A stretch of 64,000 nt of DNA from Octopus vulgaris (GCA_951406725.2 OX597831.1:73780001-73844000); one strand, 5' to 3'. Positions 40,396-54,477 are shown, numbered from the stretch's first letter. Numbers and translations: made by a program. Notes: a model not told the origin generated them from the sequence alone.

Positions 40396-40879
40396 TTTGA
40401 TATTTAATATAATATGATATGAGATTTAATTCTTCTTATCCGTCACAGGTAAGCCCATAACCAGGGAGGCTGATGCAATATTAATTCCGATGGATGTTTT
40501 ATACAACGGACATTATTTTTAAAGCGGAATTAAGCACCTCTTTGTTTCATGTTTATCTCGAAAGGAGACGAAGGATTTGCGTATCGGAGGATAATCTACA
40601 TGGATTACATGGATTACACAACGGAAGGTTTTGGATATCATGTAAATGTTTGTAACGAAGCAGCTTTGGCCAAGTTTCATATTCTCACATTTCATATAAC
40701 TCCATAGATGTAGTCCTGTAAATGTCACGCTTCTGGAACATAGGTTCCATTTACTGTTGCAGGAATGGATGAAGAATGCAAGAGAAGGTGACTGCAACTC
40801 ACCTCTCTCTCTCTCTCGCTCTGCATATACAAACATGCATACATACATACATACATACATATGTATGTATGTATGCAAG

Positions 40880-41000
40880 TGGAAAGAAGAGTACTCAAAT
40901 ACCAGAGGTAGAGTAATATGCTTTATTTAAAGGCAGCAGAAATATAACAAAAGCTGTTATTCAGAGTTTCACGTTCCCGCTCGTCGGACAGTTTTGTTAA
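40880..41000 (-). mobile_element. Penelope pLTR-like repeat (family P3) with hammerhead-like motif at 40945-40999
   Basis: 12-bp helix I with one bulge, CCGACGA, GCG(GGAA)CGT, GAAA, CTCTGAA, TA; partial copy at 38840-38883. Confidence 0.55.
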
Positions 41001-41497
41001 ACAAAAAAAAAAGAGAAATTCCGTGCTGCACGGAATTTTGTCAGTGAACAGTTAACGGTCTCAAAGCGACGAAAATATTTTGGCAGATTAAATTTAAATG
41101 TTGAAGTGAATCTAGCAGTTTTTGCGTGTTTTTAAATGGCTTATACACACCTTCCATGCTGCAATTCTTTGTGTGTATATATATATATATATAAATAAAT
41201 TAAAGAGGTGGCTTATTGGCAATTAGAACCTAAAGGCAAAATTAATAGAGGTCAGAAAAGTGACGGAGGGTGCTGACTAACACCGAATTATGCTTAAATA
41301 AGAGTTAAATTATCTCCCAAACCACTAGAGCACTATACTCAGTGACTGACAAAGGGAGGTAAGTCCCTAGCGTATATAGTCGTATCGCGATTTCGAATTT
41401 TGCTGTTATCAGCGGCTCTTAACACCTGGAGGCTTGAAAGCGCTGCACCTAGTTTGCGGCAACATACGGCTGTTGTGAAGGACGGGAACGAAATTAT

Positions 41498-41868
41498 ACA
41501 TGTATGCATGTATGCATGTGTGTATGCATGTATGCATGCATGCATGTATGTATGTATGTAGGTGTGTGTGTATGTATGTATGTATGTATGTATGTATGCA
41601 TGTATGTATGTATGCATGTATGTATGTATGCATGTATGTATGTATGTATGTATGCATGCATGCATGCATGTATGTATGTAGGTGTGTGTGTATGTATGTA
41701 TGCATGTATGTATGCATGTATGTATGTATGTATGTATGTATGTATGTATGTATGCATGTATGCATGTATGTATGCATGTATGTATGTATGCATGTATGTA
41801 CGTATGTATGTATGTATGCATGTATGTATGTATGCATGTATGTATGTATGTATGTATGTATGTATGTA
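41498..41868. repeat. (ATGT/ATGC)n microsatellite with 120-bp duplication
   Basis: GGTGTGTGTG landmark at 41561 and 41681. Confidence 0.95.
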
Positions 41869-42240
41869 TTAAAAAGCAAATTATCATCGTTAACAGAAAC
41901 TCTTTACACTTTTATGAAATTACGCTACCGGTTTCAGTCGCTTAAGAAGACAACTTAATCGTGCCTAAATGCTTTGGAAAGTTTATTGATATATATTAGA
42001 TAAAATTAACTGTTCATGGGACCAGTTTTCTAAGTTTACAGAAATCACATGGTTCTTAAATTTCATTTTGTTCTGATTGTTGCTGATTCGCAGTATTTGC
42101 CGGCTGCAGTAGGAGGGGGAGTGGCTATTAGAAGTAAGAGTAGTACACACACACACACACACACGTGCACGCATGCACAGACACACATTTATGTATATAT
42201 GAATGTATATATATATATATATATATGCATGCATATACAC

Positions 42241-42319
<79 letters not shown>

Positions 42320-42640
42320 CATACCCATGTAGTGTTATATAACAAAATATGGCGATATATATATCATGACATCGAAAATTAATATATTCTCAAGAGGCTT
42401 TTTGAAAAAATACATGACGTGTGCGTGTATGTGGGAGTGTGTATGAATATGTATGTGATGTATGTGTGAGTATGCACATGCGTGTGCGTGTGTATGTGTG
42501 TGTGTGTGAGTGTGTGTTCACGAAGCTAGCGACTCGCTCAGTCTGCCTTTCATCACATCAATTTCATAGAAATATATACACTCTGTAAACGTATCTGTAC
42601 TATTTCTCCCGTCTATAATATTACATACAATCCTACACAC

Positions 42641-42698
<58 letters not shown>

Positions 42699-42945
42699 AT
42701 ACACACACACACATACACACGTGTCTGTCTGACTGCTTTTGTGTGTGTGTGTATGTGTATGTGTGTGTGTGTGTGTGTATGTGTGTGTGTGTGTGTGTGT
42801 GTTTGTGTGTTTACGCGCGCGCGTGTACGTGGAGACAAACTATTACATCTTTAATAAAATTTCTTGCCAGAGGGGAAACAATTTAGTCATAAATAATTTT
42901 GTAAGTATACAAATATACAAAGATATATGTGTGTATGTATGAATG

Positions 42946-42982
<37 letters not shown>

Positions 42983-43035
42983 ACGTACAATATAACTAAT
43001 GTAGAAATCAATATCAAATAATAACGTATCAATGC

Positions 43036-43077
43036 CATCGTCGTCGTCATGATCGTCATCCCCTCCATCATCATCAC

Positions 43078-43114
<37 letters not shown>

Positions 43115-43175
43115 GCCACCGCTGACGCCACCGCCGCCGCCGCCACCACCACCACCGCCACCACCACCACCACCA

Positions 43176-43210
<35 letters not shown>

Positions 43211-43241
43211 ACCACCACCACCACCGCCGCCGCCGCCACCG

Positions 43242-43272
<31 letters not shown>

Positions 43273-43445
43273 CGCTGCCGCCGCCGCCACCACCGCCACC
43301 ACCACCACAGCCACCACCACCACCACCACCGCCACCTTCACCGCCGCCACCGCCTCCACCGCCGCCACCGCCACCACCACCACCACCACCACCACCACCA
43401 CCATCACCACCATCATCATCGTCATCGTCATCACTATTATTATTA
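43036..43445. repeat. (CAT/CAC/CGC)n compound microsatellite
   Basis: Directly visible. Confidence 0.95.
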
Positions 43446-43878
43446 ATTTCTCTAGTTTTACTTTTGACGTGTCTTCTCTCTCCCTCTCTGTGTGTTGGGC
43501 ACAGTACAATGTTTTATTTTGCTTTCCCGTTTCCTTTTGCTATAAATGTACCCCTTTACACAACACAGGGGCCAAGTACTAAGCACTACCCTGTTCCATG
43601 TGCGGGTGCAAATGCGTGTGTGCAAATGTCGAGGTGTTCTTCTAAATACAAGCACTCAGTCCCATGCGAGCGAGTATGGCGTGGTAGCAAGCACCCTTAT
43701 TGCTTTAGGTGTATATGTGCGTGCGGGCGGGAGGGCTGGCATAAAGATAATAAACTTTGTTTTGTCTGAACATCACGAAAAGGAGCTGAATTCCTGGCCC
43801 TTTTCTTTATCTCTATCCCTGAGTCATGCGATGAAATATTAAGAAGTTCTAAGCGACACTGAAAAGAAACTATATATA

Positions 43879-44045
43879 CAGGAGTGGCTGTGTGGTAAGC
43901 ATCTTGCTTACCAACCACATGGTTCCGGGCTTAGTCCCACTGCGTAGCACCTTGAGCAAGTGTGTTCTACTATAGCCTCGGGCCGACTAAGGCCTTGTGA
44001 GTGGATTTGATAGACGGAAACTGAAAGAAGGTCGACGTATATATG

Positions 44046-44144
<99 letters not shown>

Positions 44145-44303
44145 AAATGAAGAAAATGCTGACAAAATAATTTAAGTAATTTAAGTAATTTAATTAGGTG
44201 AAATTAAATTACTTAAATTACTTAAATTATTTTGTCAGCATTTTCTTCATTTCCTTTTTTATATATCACAACTCGTGTTCCACATCACCTTTTTTAAATA
44301 TAA

Positions 44304-44388
<85 letters not shown>

Positions 44389-44600
44389 TATGTGTGTATG
44401 TGTGTGTGTGTATGTGTGTATGTTTATGTGACTGTGTTTGTCCCAGCTTGACGGCCGATGCTGGTGTGTTTACGTCCCCGTAACTTAGCGGACCGATAGA
44501 AAGTACTAGGCTTACAAAGAAAAAGTCATGGGGTCGATTTGCTCGACTAAAAGGCGGTGCTCCAGCCTGGCCGCAGTCAAATGACTGAAACAAATAAACG
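43879..44600 (+). mobile_element. SINE family A interrupted by an expanded microsatellite and a fold-back insert
   Basis: 5' half 43879-44040, 3' half ~44430-44600. Confidence 0.88.
44131..44266. repeat. Perfect 65-bp inverted repeat with 6-nt loop
   Basis: 44131-44195 is the exact reverse complement of 44202-44266. Confidence 0.95.
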
Positions 44601-45254
44601 AAAACACACACACACACACACACACATACATGTTTTGAGTCACTTCAGTGCTTCTGATAAATACCAATAGAGAGTGTACATATTTTGGGTTCTCTGTTAC
44701 ATGTTTGTATCACCAAATCTATCTATCCATGTATGTATGTATGTATGTATGCATGTGTGTATGTATGCGTGTATGTATGTATATATGTATGCATGTATGT
44801 TTGCATGTATGTATGTAGGTATGTATGTATGTATGCATGTATGTATATATGTATGTGTATGTATACATATATGTATGTATGTATATATGTATGTATATAT
44901 GTATGAATGTATGAATATATGAATGTATGTATGTATATATGTATGTATGTATGTATGTATGAATGTATGTATATATATATGTATGTATGTATGTATATAT
45001 ATGTATGTACGCATGTATGTATATATATATGTATGTATATATGTATGTATGTATGTATGTAGGTATGTGTATATGTATGTATGTATGTATGTATGTGTAT
45101 ATGTATGTATGTATGTATGTATGAATTGGATGTAATCATCCCTTTTGAATGTTAATATATCCTCTCTCTCTCCCCCTTTCACTCTCCCCCTCTCCCACCT
45201 CTCTCTGTATATATATATACACAGGTAAATGAAAGAGTATTTTCGAAAAAATAG

Positions 45255-45640
45255 ATGTGGTTGTGTGGTAAAATGTTTGCTTGCTAATCACACGGTCCCG
45301 GGTTCAGTCCCACTGACTTGTAACTTAGGCAACTGTGTTCAACTGTCTCGGGCCAATTAGAGCCTTAGCTTGTGACTAGATTTTGTAGACGGAAACTGAA
45401 AGAAACCCGTAGTATGCATATATGTGTGTCTTTGTGTCTGTGTTTTTCCTTGTCTCCCCACCCCTACCTTGACAACCGGTGTTGGTGTGTTTACTTTACC
45501 GTAACTAAGCGGTTCGACAAATCAGCCCGATTGAACAAGTACCAGGTTTAACCAAAAAGAACTATGAACGGTTCTTTCAATTAACAGTTCTGCTCCAGCA
45601 TGGCCGCAGTGTGATGACTGAAATAAATAAAGGATAAAAG
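45255..45640 (+). mobile_element. SINE family A, diverged full length
   Basis: GGTTCAGTCCCACTG..GTAGACGGAAACTGAAAGAA..CTCCAGCATGGCCGCAGT. Confidence 0.85.
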
Positions 45641-46030
45641 ATAAAAAATGAAACGCCGTTTTGACGCTGAATGTGGATCTGCTCGAAAACGTATCGGCTG
45701 TTTTGTGAATGGGGGATGGGGGACTGGACGTGGAATGTCTGTGGACGTGTCTGTCTGTCTGTCAAGAGCTGAGCCCGTCAGTCACAAGCGGAGCCATACG
45801 CGTGGAATACCAATTTGTCTGAGTGCCCAATGTTCTTAATGGTCAGTGATGGTTTTTTTGAATCACGAGTAGACGACCATCATCTGTAACCTGATATAAT
45901 AAGGGTTCCCTGAAGATCTGTCGTGTTCATCCTTATTTTCCATATACATATATGTATATATACATATACATGTAATATGTAATATGTATATATATATGTA
46001 CATGTATGTAACTATGTAATATAATATGAT

Positions 46031-46087
<57 letters not shown>

Positions 46088-46717
46088 GCATATATATGCA
46101 TATATATACATACACATACACACATATACAAACATATATTCATACACAGATATTTATGTATATATGTATAGTGTTCTAAGACAAGAGACACGTATACACA
46201 AAAACAAACAAAATTTTGTAAATGTTCGAAATATGGTCGATGGGGGGGGGGGGTGTTGATAATCCACTTAAAGAGGATCAATCCAGCATACCAGAATCAC
46301 AAATATCTACTTTAAGCATATATTTTCTTTACCCTTTCCTCCGATCTCATCTTCAAGCAAAACTCAAGTCCTCAGTATTTAAAACATCAAACTTGTTACT
46401 TTAGAGGAAGAAAGAGATTTCTTGCTTTGCTTCTCTTTCAGGTTATAAGTGGTAGTTGAAGGAGCTGATGACAGTGTAGTCAAAGACACCGTCCGTGGTT
46501 CTATCAACGCCGTCCGTTATACATAGCCTCAGGGCTGATGGGGGAACTGTTTTTCCCCAACCAAGTCCTTTATAGCAGAAACTAAACGACGAGATCTTTA
46601 CAACAGACTCGAATAACAGCTGGATTTGCACCGCGTGATGACAAATTAATAATAACAATAATAACAACAACAATAATAATAATAATAATGATAATAATAA
46701 TAATGATAATGATGATG

Positions 46718-46781
<64 letters not shown>

Positions 46782-46911
46782 TAATTATAATAATAATAAT
46801 AATAATAATAATATTTATGTTAATAATAATAATGATAATAATAATGTTAATAATAATTATAATAATAATAATGTTAATAATAATAATAATATTGTTAATA
46901 ATAATAATAAT

Positions 46912-46987
<76 letters not shown>

Positions 46988-46989
<2 letters not shown>

Positions 46990-47545
46990 GCCCTGATGCA
47001 GTACCAGGCAGTGGCTCTCATGGCTTCTGATCTTAACTGATTGGAAGTGTTATCATGTACATTGTTTTGTCTTGGTATAAAAGATGGGCTACAGCAAATA
47101 TTCTGCTCAATACCACAGATTTGCTTGTCAGTTGTTTGACCTTAACCAGTTGAGCTTGTCCCTTAGTGGCTGACGATATGTGCATCTCTGATCACGAGCA
47201 GAAGTAGTGGGGGAGCATCATAGCCATGTGTTGAGAGGGATTCTTTGGGGTTTGAATAATTCACCTCTGGAAACACGGGTGGTTCTTTCAACATCCTTAA
47301 ACAACCCTTACTCAGGGACCTTTTGAGCGGGATGGGCTACTCAACCTGAAGAAAATTCTAACTGGGCCCCACCTGCAAGGTCATGTGCTGTTTATCTTGA
47401 TATGAGATCACCATGTCGCGCACATATGGTTGTGATGCATGTGCCTGGTGTACCCTTATCAGACGGGTAGTCATAATGGGTATATTGGGCTTCGTATATT
47501 TTACCCCAGTGTCACTTTGATGGCATGAACTGCTCTCTCACTCAA
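46988..47545 (+). mobile_element. Repeat family D: ~560-bp non-coding element within a (TAA)n array
   Basis: (TAA)n on both sides; second copy at 24900-25263; no long ORF; no evident Pol III boxes. Confidence 0.8.
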
Positions 47546-47617
47546 TAATAATAATAATAATAATGATAATATTGTAATTAATAATAATTTTATAATAATA
47601 ATAATAATAATAATAAT

Positions 47618-47808
47618 CATTTCTACTATAGGCACAAGGCCTGAAATTACATCGACCTCAGTACTTAACTGGTATTTATATTATCGACCTCGAAAGGATG
47701 ACAGGAAAAGTCAATCTCTGCGGAATTTGTGCTCAGAACGTAAAGATAGACGAAATGCCCCGAAGCATTTTGCCCGGCATGCTAACGATTCTGCCAGCTC
47801 GCTACCTT
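47618..47808 (-). mobile_element. SINE family B
   Basis: Reverse complement of GAGCTGGCAGAATCGTTAGCATGCCGGG.. Confidence 0.85.
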
Positions 47809-47848
47809 AATAATAATAATAATAATAATAATGAAATAATAAAAATGA

Positions 47849-47904
<56 letters not shown>

Positions 47905-48068
47905 CAACAACCACGTATCAAAGCTTATAATGTGCAGAAAAAGGCCCTGTGAAACCTCTGACAGCAAGCAGGCTGCTGTCGGCTCTCGTAGAATCTACCA
48001 GGGCAAACAAGACCGAACGCTCTGTGAAGTAAAGCAACAACAACAACAACAACAACAGCAGCAGCAGC

Positions 48069-48102
<34 letters not shown>

Positions 48103-48400
48103 GTTGTTTCTTCTCTTGTTGAGAGTCCATATTTTCTCACAATCTTCCTGCCTTTCCTTGATCTTACACCATTTCCAGAGATTAGCTCAGTTAACATTGA
48201 CATCTCCCTTCGCAATGATTCAATCTCAGTTTCAATTCTACTCCTCCACTTGGATTTTCTTTTCGAATTTGGTATTGTTGGCTTTTTGGGTGTTAAACAG
48301 CGTCTTTCGATTACCTTGGCAACAGAAGTAAATAATTTCATTTAACTAATTAAGATCGGGTTTTAGTTGTTGTATGATTTCTTGTGTAACGCAGTTGCTA
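48103..48400 (-). mobile_element. R4/Dong-type ORF N-terminal fragment
   Basis: KWRSRIETEIESLRREMSML resembles the pre-RT W..R.E..I..LR..LS.L motif. Confidence 0.55.
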
Positions 48401-48465
48401 ATCTTCTTCTTCTTCTTCTTCTTCTTCTTCTTCTTCTTCTTCTTCTTCTTCTTCTTCTTCTTCTT

Positions 48466-48494
<29 letters not shown>

Positions 48495-48533
<39 letters not shown>

Positions 48534-49672
48534 CATAGACGTCACACAGTATACAGTATTGTGAGGTTGCTGATTGAAGATATTGTATTTACCGGGGGTT
48601 TGTACTGTTTGTCAAGTCACAACAAGGACCTCAGGCAGACAGTACTTTATGGAATCTGCGTGTAGTTCCAAGTAATGCCAACTTCTGCAATATATCTAGA
48701 TTGTAGGGTATTTCTAAGGTTTTCAGATGCTTTTTTTTCAGATTGGGTGTTATTGAACCCAATGCTCCGATGACAATAGGGATAACTTTTATGTTTGACT
48801 CTCGCAGCTGCCTCATCTTAGCAATCTCAATTCTCAGGTCTCCATATTTATCAACTTTTTTTCTTTCTTTCCTGATGATATGGCGATCTTCTGGCACTGC
48901 CACGTCGATTATTAGGCACTCATGTTTGTTCTTCCTAAAGGTTACTATATCCGGCCTTCAGTGCTCTAACACCTTGTCTTTCTGGAAGTCAAAGTCCCAG
49001 AGGATTTTGCCTTCCCCTTTTCTTCCATTACCTTTTCTGGTGTATGTTGGTACCAAGCACCCGTAACTTCATACCCATACTTACAGCATAGTAGCCAGTG
49101 GAGGTTTGGGGCTACTTTTCGTGTCTACGCTTCTACTCTTTCAGCGCAAGGCTTTCACAAGCACTAACAATGTGAGTCACACTTTCGACCCTCTTCCCAC
49201 ACATTCTGTAGAAGTCCGATGCGCTTGTGTGGTATATATTCTTTTTAACTGAGTTGGTATTCAATGCCTGGACCTGAGCAGCGATGATTAGGCTTTCAGT
49301 ATTCTTTTTGGGGTCACCTTCCTGGAGCCACCTCCATGATGCTCGCTGGTCTTTTAATTTGATGGTTTCACGGTGGAACACACCATGTAATTCCACACGG
49401 AGTAGGGTTTCTTCTCTCTCGTTGGCTGTTCTTCGGAATTCATGAGCACTCTCAAGTCCATTTTTGATAAATCCTTCTGCATTAGCAGCATACTGTAGCA
49501 GGTCTTCTTTGCTCTTTACCAAATATTCTGCCATGTTTCTTCTTTCACTGTTTATGCACTCCCATACGCTTATCAGCCCACGTCCACCCTTACCTCTCTT
49601 CATGTAGATCCTGTGTACACTTGCCTTAGTGTAGAAGGTACCATGCACTGTCATTGTCTTTCGGGTATGCAC
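48495..49672 (-). mobile_element. Decayed R4/Dong-type retrotransposon 3' portion with (TAA)n tail
   Basis: RIYMKRGKGGRGL, ESLIIAAQVQALNT, MCGKRVESVTHIVSAC, WDFDFQKD, DVAVP, KVDKYGDL, IPIVIGALG. Confidence 0.9.
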
Positions 49673-49727
<55 letters not shown>

Positions 49728-49744
49728 TTCTTCTTCTTCTTCTT

Positions 49745-49775
<31 letters not shown>

Positions 49776-50422
49776 TTATTATTTTTAGTAGTAGTAGTAG
49801 TAGTAGTAGTAGTAATAGTAGTATTTCATCATGTACAAAATAAAAGAATTTATTTTTCAGAGTCCGCCACCAATGCGACGAACACCAACAGAAATACCAC
49901 CACCGCCGTCGCCGCCACCACTAACACGAGACAACATTCACGACCATCTCCACGTTTTGTCATTATTTCTAGTTTTAGCTGAAAAACGTCACAAGGGAAT
50001 CATCATCATCATCACCACAATCGCCATCATCGTCATTATTATCATCACGAATACCGTCGTCATCGTCATCATCAATAAGAAACGACAGCAACAGCAATAC
50101 AACCACCGTCACTACTACCGCCACCACCACCACCATCACCACCGTAACTACTACCGCCACCACCACAACCACCACCACCACCATCACCCCCACCACCACT
50201 ACCGTCACCACCATCACCACCACCACCACTACCGTCACCACCATCACCACCACCACCACTACCGTCACCACCACCACCACCACCACCACCACCACCACCA
50301 CCACCACCACCACCACCACCACCACCACCACAAGCAACGACAACAACATCAACAACAGCTACTTATGCAACATCAGCAACATCAACAGCAACAGAAACGT
50401 CGACGACAACAAGGAGAAGAAT

Positions 50423-50459
<37 letters not shown>

Positions 50460-50794
50460 GTAGCAGCAGCAACAACAATGGGAACTTAAACCTGAAAGAG
50501 CCATGAATAGTTGTATGATTGCTTCAACAATGGCCACCAGAATTGCCAGCGGATGCGGCAGACATGACAGGTGTATTCTCCACACAAAGGAGACAGAAAA
50601 AAAGCGCTGGTTTGATATTCGTTCAGTTCAACATGTCAGTTGTGCTTGCAGGGGGAAATCTGTGACACAATGACATTCCAGGAGACTCGCAGATGTCATT
50701 CTCTCACTCTCTCACTCTGTCCGTCCGTCCGTCTGCCTGCCTGTGTCTGAGTCTCTCTCTCTCTCTCTCTCACTTTCTCTCTCTCTCTCTCTCA

Positions 50795-50838
<44 letters not shown>

Positions 50839-51169
50839 CTTCGGAGCGTTGCATTGATTCTCGGCTGCTTCTGTACAAAGTAAGGGTGGACTTGTCTTGT
50901 CTGTGAAATCTTGAACTTATTAAACACTCCACCTGCCAAATTCTCACTTATTAAACACTCTTACCACTGCCTCTCTTCTCCTTGCTCTTGTTATTCTTGC
51001 TGACATTGCTGTTGTTCTGAATATTATGCTGGGGTTGCTTTTGTTATCTTTACAACTGGTGTCATCGTCCTCATCACCTCCAGTACCAGCACCAGCACAA
51101 CTACCATTATCTATCCATCTGTCTGTCTGTCTGTTCTACTGCCTGTATGTCTGCTGCCTGCATTTATAA

Positions 51170-51232
<63 letters not shown>

Positions 51233-51246
51233 TATATGTATACATA

Positions 51247-51289
<43 letters not shown>

Positions 51290-51648
51290 ATGTATGTATA
51301 TGTATGTATATATTTATATGCAAAAATGTAAACCTCTCTCTCTCTCTCTCCATCTAAATCTATTTATCCCCTTATCTACCAATCCAAGAAATATTCTGTA
51401 CTACGTTGGTAGTACTACTACTAAAGGCAATAATAACAGAAAGAAATAGAAATAAAAATAAAAAAACGCCATGAGAGCTGCAGCACCAATAACGTCGTCG
51501 TCGTCGACGACAACAGCAACATCCGGGGCTATGCGAGGACCAGCTGGAGCAGCAGTGACCATAGCACCATCATCATCAGCTTCCTTTTAATTAGCACTGT
51601 CCTTAACTTCATCATCATGATCGCTATCAGTGGTAGCAGAAACCACAG

Positions 51649-52015
51649 TGGAGGCGCAATGGCCCAATGGTTAGGCCAGCGGACTCGCGGTCGGAGGATC
51701 GCGGTTTCGATTCCCAGACCGGGCGTTGTGTGTGTTTTTTTGAGCGAAAGCACCTAAAGCTCCACGAGGCTCCGGCAGCGGGTGGTGGCGACCCCTGTTG
51801 TACTCTTTCGCCCCAACTTTCTCGCACTCTTTCTTCCTGTTTCTTGTCCCCGACTTCCTACGCAACCGCTGAGCCTGGATGCGCATTCATCCATCCGTCG
51901 ATGCTCTCGGTGTCGGGGGTTGACCTGTTTCCTCTTCTGCGGGTCTTACGAATAGCAAAGGACCACGTTTCGGACTTCTCACATCTTGCGAACTCTGGGA
52001 CGAAGACCGTTCTCT
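51649..52015 (+). mobile_element. SINE family C head with tail type 4
   Basis: Head as family C; tail CCCGACTTCCTACGCAACC..GACGAAGACCGTTCTC seen only here in the window. Confidence 0.85.
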
Positions 52016-52510
52016 CAGCAGCAACAGCAACAGCAGCAACCACAATAAGACGACGCTAGCAACGTCTGAAGATGAAATCGATGGAAGAGCTGGGTGTGTT
52101 TAAGGGGTTAGGAGAGAAACTGAGAGAGCTTTCGTTGAGAAATCAGAGAAGCGTCCGTCCAGCATAGGAATTAATGCGATAACGATACACAGCGGCCAAT
52201 TGGACGAGTGGATAGAGCGTTGGATAGAATGCTTCAGTATAGTATGCTTCAGGCGTTCAAATCCTACCGGGATCAACTTTACTTTTTAGGTTTAGGATGT
52301 CAATCCATGGGGCAGTATATATGTTTGTTTATTAGCCCCACAGGGCTGTACACAGACGGGACTGATTAGGACTGGTAAAAGATTTGGATTATGGTACTTG
52401 GCGGTATTTCCTCCGATTCTTTTACTTCTGATAACGTAGGGGTTGTGGACTACTGTCCTTCCATAAAATCTTGCCTATGTCGGTACACAAATGAAGAGGT
52501 GCATAGTGTG

Positions 52511-52895
52511 TGGAAGCACTCCGTCGGTTACGACGAAGAGGGTTCCGGTTGATCCGAATCAACGGAACAGCCTGCTCGTGAAATTAACGTGTAAGTGGCT
52601 GAGCACTCCACAGACACGTGCACCCATAACGTAGTTCTCGGGGATATTCAGCGTGACACAGAGAGTGACAAGGCCGGCCCTTTGAAATACAGGTACAACA
52701 GAAACAGGAAGTAAGAGTGAGAGAAAGTTGTGGTGAAAGAGTACAGCAGGGATCACCAACATCCCCTGCCGGAGCCTCGTGGAGCTTTTTAGGTGTTTCG
52801 CTCAATAAACACTCACAACGCCCGGTCTGGGAATCGAAACCGCGATCCTATAACCGCGAGTCCGCTACCCTAACCACTGGGCCATTGCGCCTCCA
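52511..52895 (-). mobile_element. SINE family C, full length, tail type 1
   Basis: Near-identical to 15261-15644; 11-bp TSD AGGTGCATAGT at 52497-52507 and 52899-52909. Confidence 0.92.
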
Positions 52896-53221
52896 CAAAG
52901 GTGCATAGTAAACCTTAAACGACTGTGGCTTTATAGATTAGAAAAGGGTAGTTATAGGGATCAAACAGGAATAACGCATGGATCAGTAGATCTCCAATCG
53001 AAATACTAAAAATACAAAACAAGAAAATGATTTTATCATTTCCGGTATGCTCGAGTCGGTTGCTTTTCGGCCACAGGTTGAAAGCCTTAAAAGATTCTTG
53101 TTAATCGTTGCATCAGTTTCACAATACATCAGCGAGGATTGTAAAAGAAGACAGCAAACAGTGTATTAATTAATTGGCTACAAATTAGCGCTGTTGCTGC
53201 AGTAGTTGCTGTTGATTGTTG

Positions 53222-53425
53222 TTGTTTGACCTCTGGTCGGCCCTGATCAGCAGATCTATCATCAGATGTACAACCGTGACCATCTCGTCTTTTTAACGGT
53301 ATGCAGTACTAAATTATCTAATGCAGCCTTTGCTTTATAAGAAGGTATATGGTGTTCTTTGAAGGTAATTTCGCTGCTATTTCTATCACATCTGGCGACC
53401 ATTTTGAAAGGCATTCTCGTTTGGT
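53222..53425 (+). repeat. Old dispersed repeat (related pieces ~54750-54820, ~55440-55500, ~61690-61880, ~2570-2600)
   Basis: Shared motifs TGACCATC, GCTGCTATTTCTA. Confidence 0.5.
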
Positions 53426-54065
53426 TTGTGAATTTGTCAGTATAAAGTAAAAACACGTGATCAACTGTGGAAGGTTTGGAAATTCGATTCTTGTTAGAAT
53501 CTCATCCGTTAGTGGCAGTCACGATCTTTCTCGTTCAAGCGAACAATTCTGTCATGTCTTACAAAGAAAAGAATAAAATAAGTTAAAATGAAATATATAA
53601 ATGCACACACACACACACGCGCGCACGCACGCAGAAAAAATACGCTCCCGATCATCCATTTAATAAATGTATTGATTTTTTTCCCATTCTTCCAGTTTAT
53701 TTGGTGAAGTTTAACAAATGTTTTCTCTCCAACTTCATTATTCTTTCTCAAATAGATTCCGAGTCTGTACAATTATCTTTTCACAATTTAATTGATGTGT
53801 TTTTCTTCTTTTCTAAATGGACAATTTATCACTAAAGTTGACCTTTTCCAAGAATATAACCCCAAAATCCTTCATAGAAATTCTATAGTTGGACGTTTTT
53901 CTACTGGAAATCTACAGAGATATCTAAATTTCTATTGGTACTTCGGGAATATATACACATACATACATACATACATATACATATGTACATAAATACCTAT
54001 ACATAATATAATATATATATGTACATGTATGTGTATGCATATATATATATATATAGTTATATATG

Positions 54066-54097
<32 letters not shown>

Positions 54098-54131
54098 TGT
54101 ATGTATCTATCTATCTATCTATCTATCTATC

Positions 54132-54201
<70 letters not shown>

Positions 54202-54477
54202 TCATTAACTAAATGTGACTAAGGGTGTCAAGACACCTACATTGATAAAAATACATAACATATATTCTGATAGGGGTTGCAAGAATTCCGGTCAGTTTCG
54301 GCTATTTCCGTAGCTATCGTCAGTGATGCCAGCTCGTTCGGAAGATTCCGGGATACTTCACCAATCAGAATATATGTATTTACCATAAACATTTACGGAT
54401 AATTTAGCAGATTGCCAATGTGTATACAAAATTAATAAAAAAAACCCAGCTAGGTGTAATGCTATACTGTAAGCGAG

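Noticed and set aside
46418-46640. Strong splice-acceptor-like site (..TTCTCTTTCAG at 46441)
   Set aside because: All three frames stop within ~20 nt and no partner exon was seen; a non-coding exon cannot be excluded
47913-48033. Short structured unique segment between (CAA)n runs
   Set aside because: Only one hairpin; no second copy or recognisable family
53105-53140. CTGATGT..GAAA hammerhead-like motif on the minus strand (also ~63520-63550)
   Set aside because: Core and helices too degenerate to distinguish from chance
53792-53950. NGQFITKV..RYLNF resembling the Penelope RT C-terminal region
   Set aside because: Spacing is wrong and the similarity too short to support
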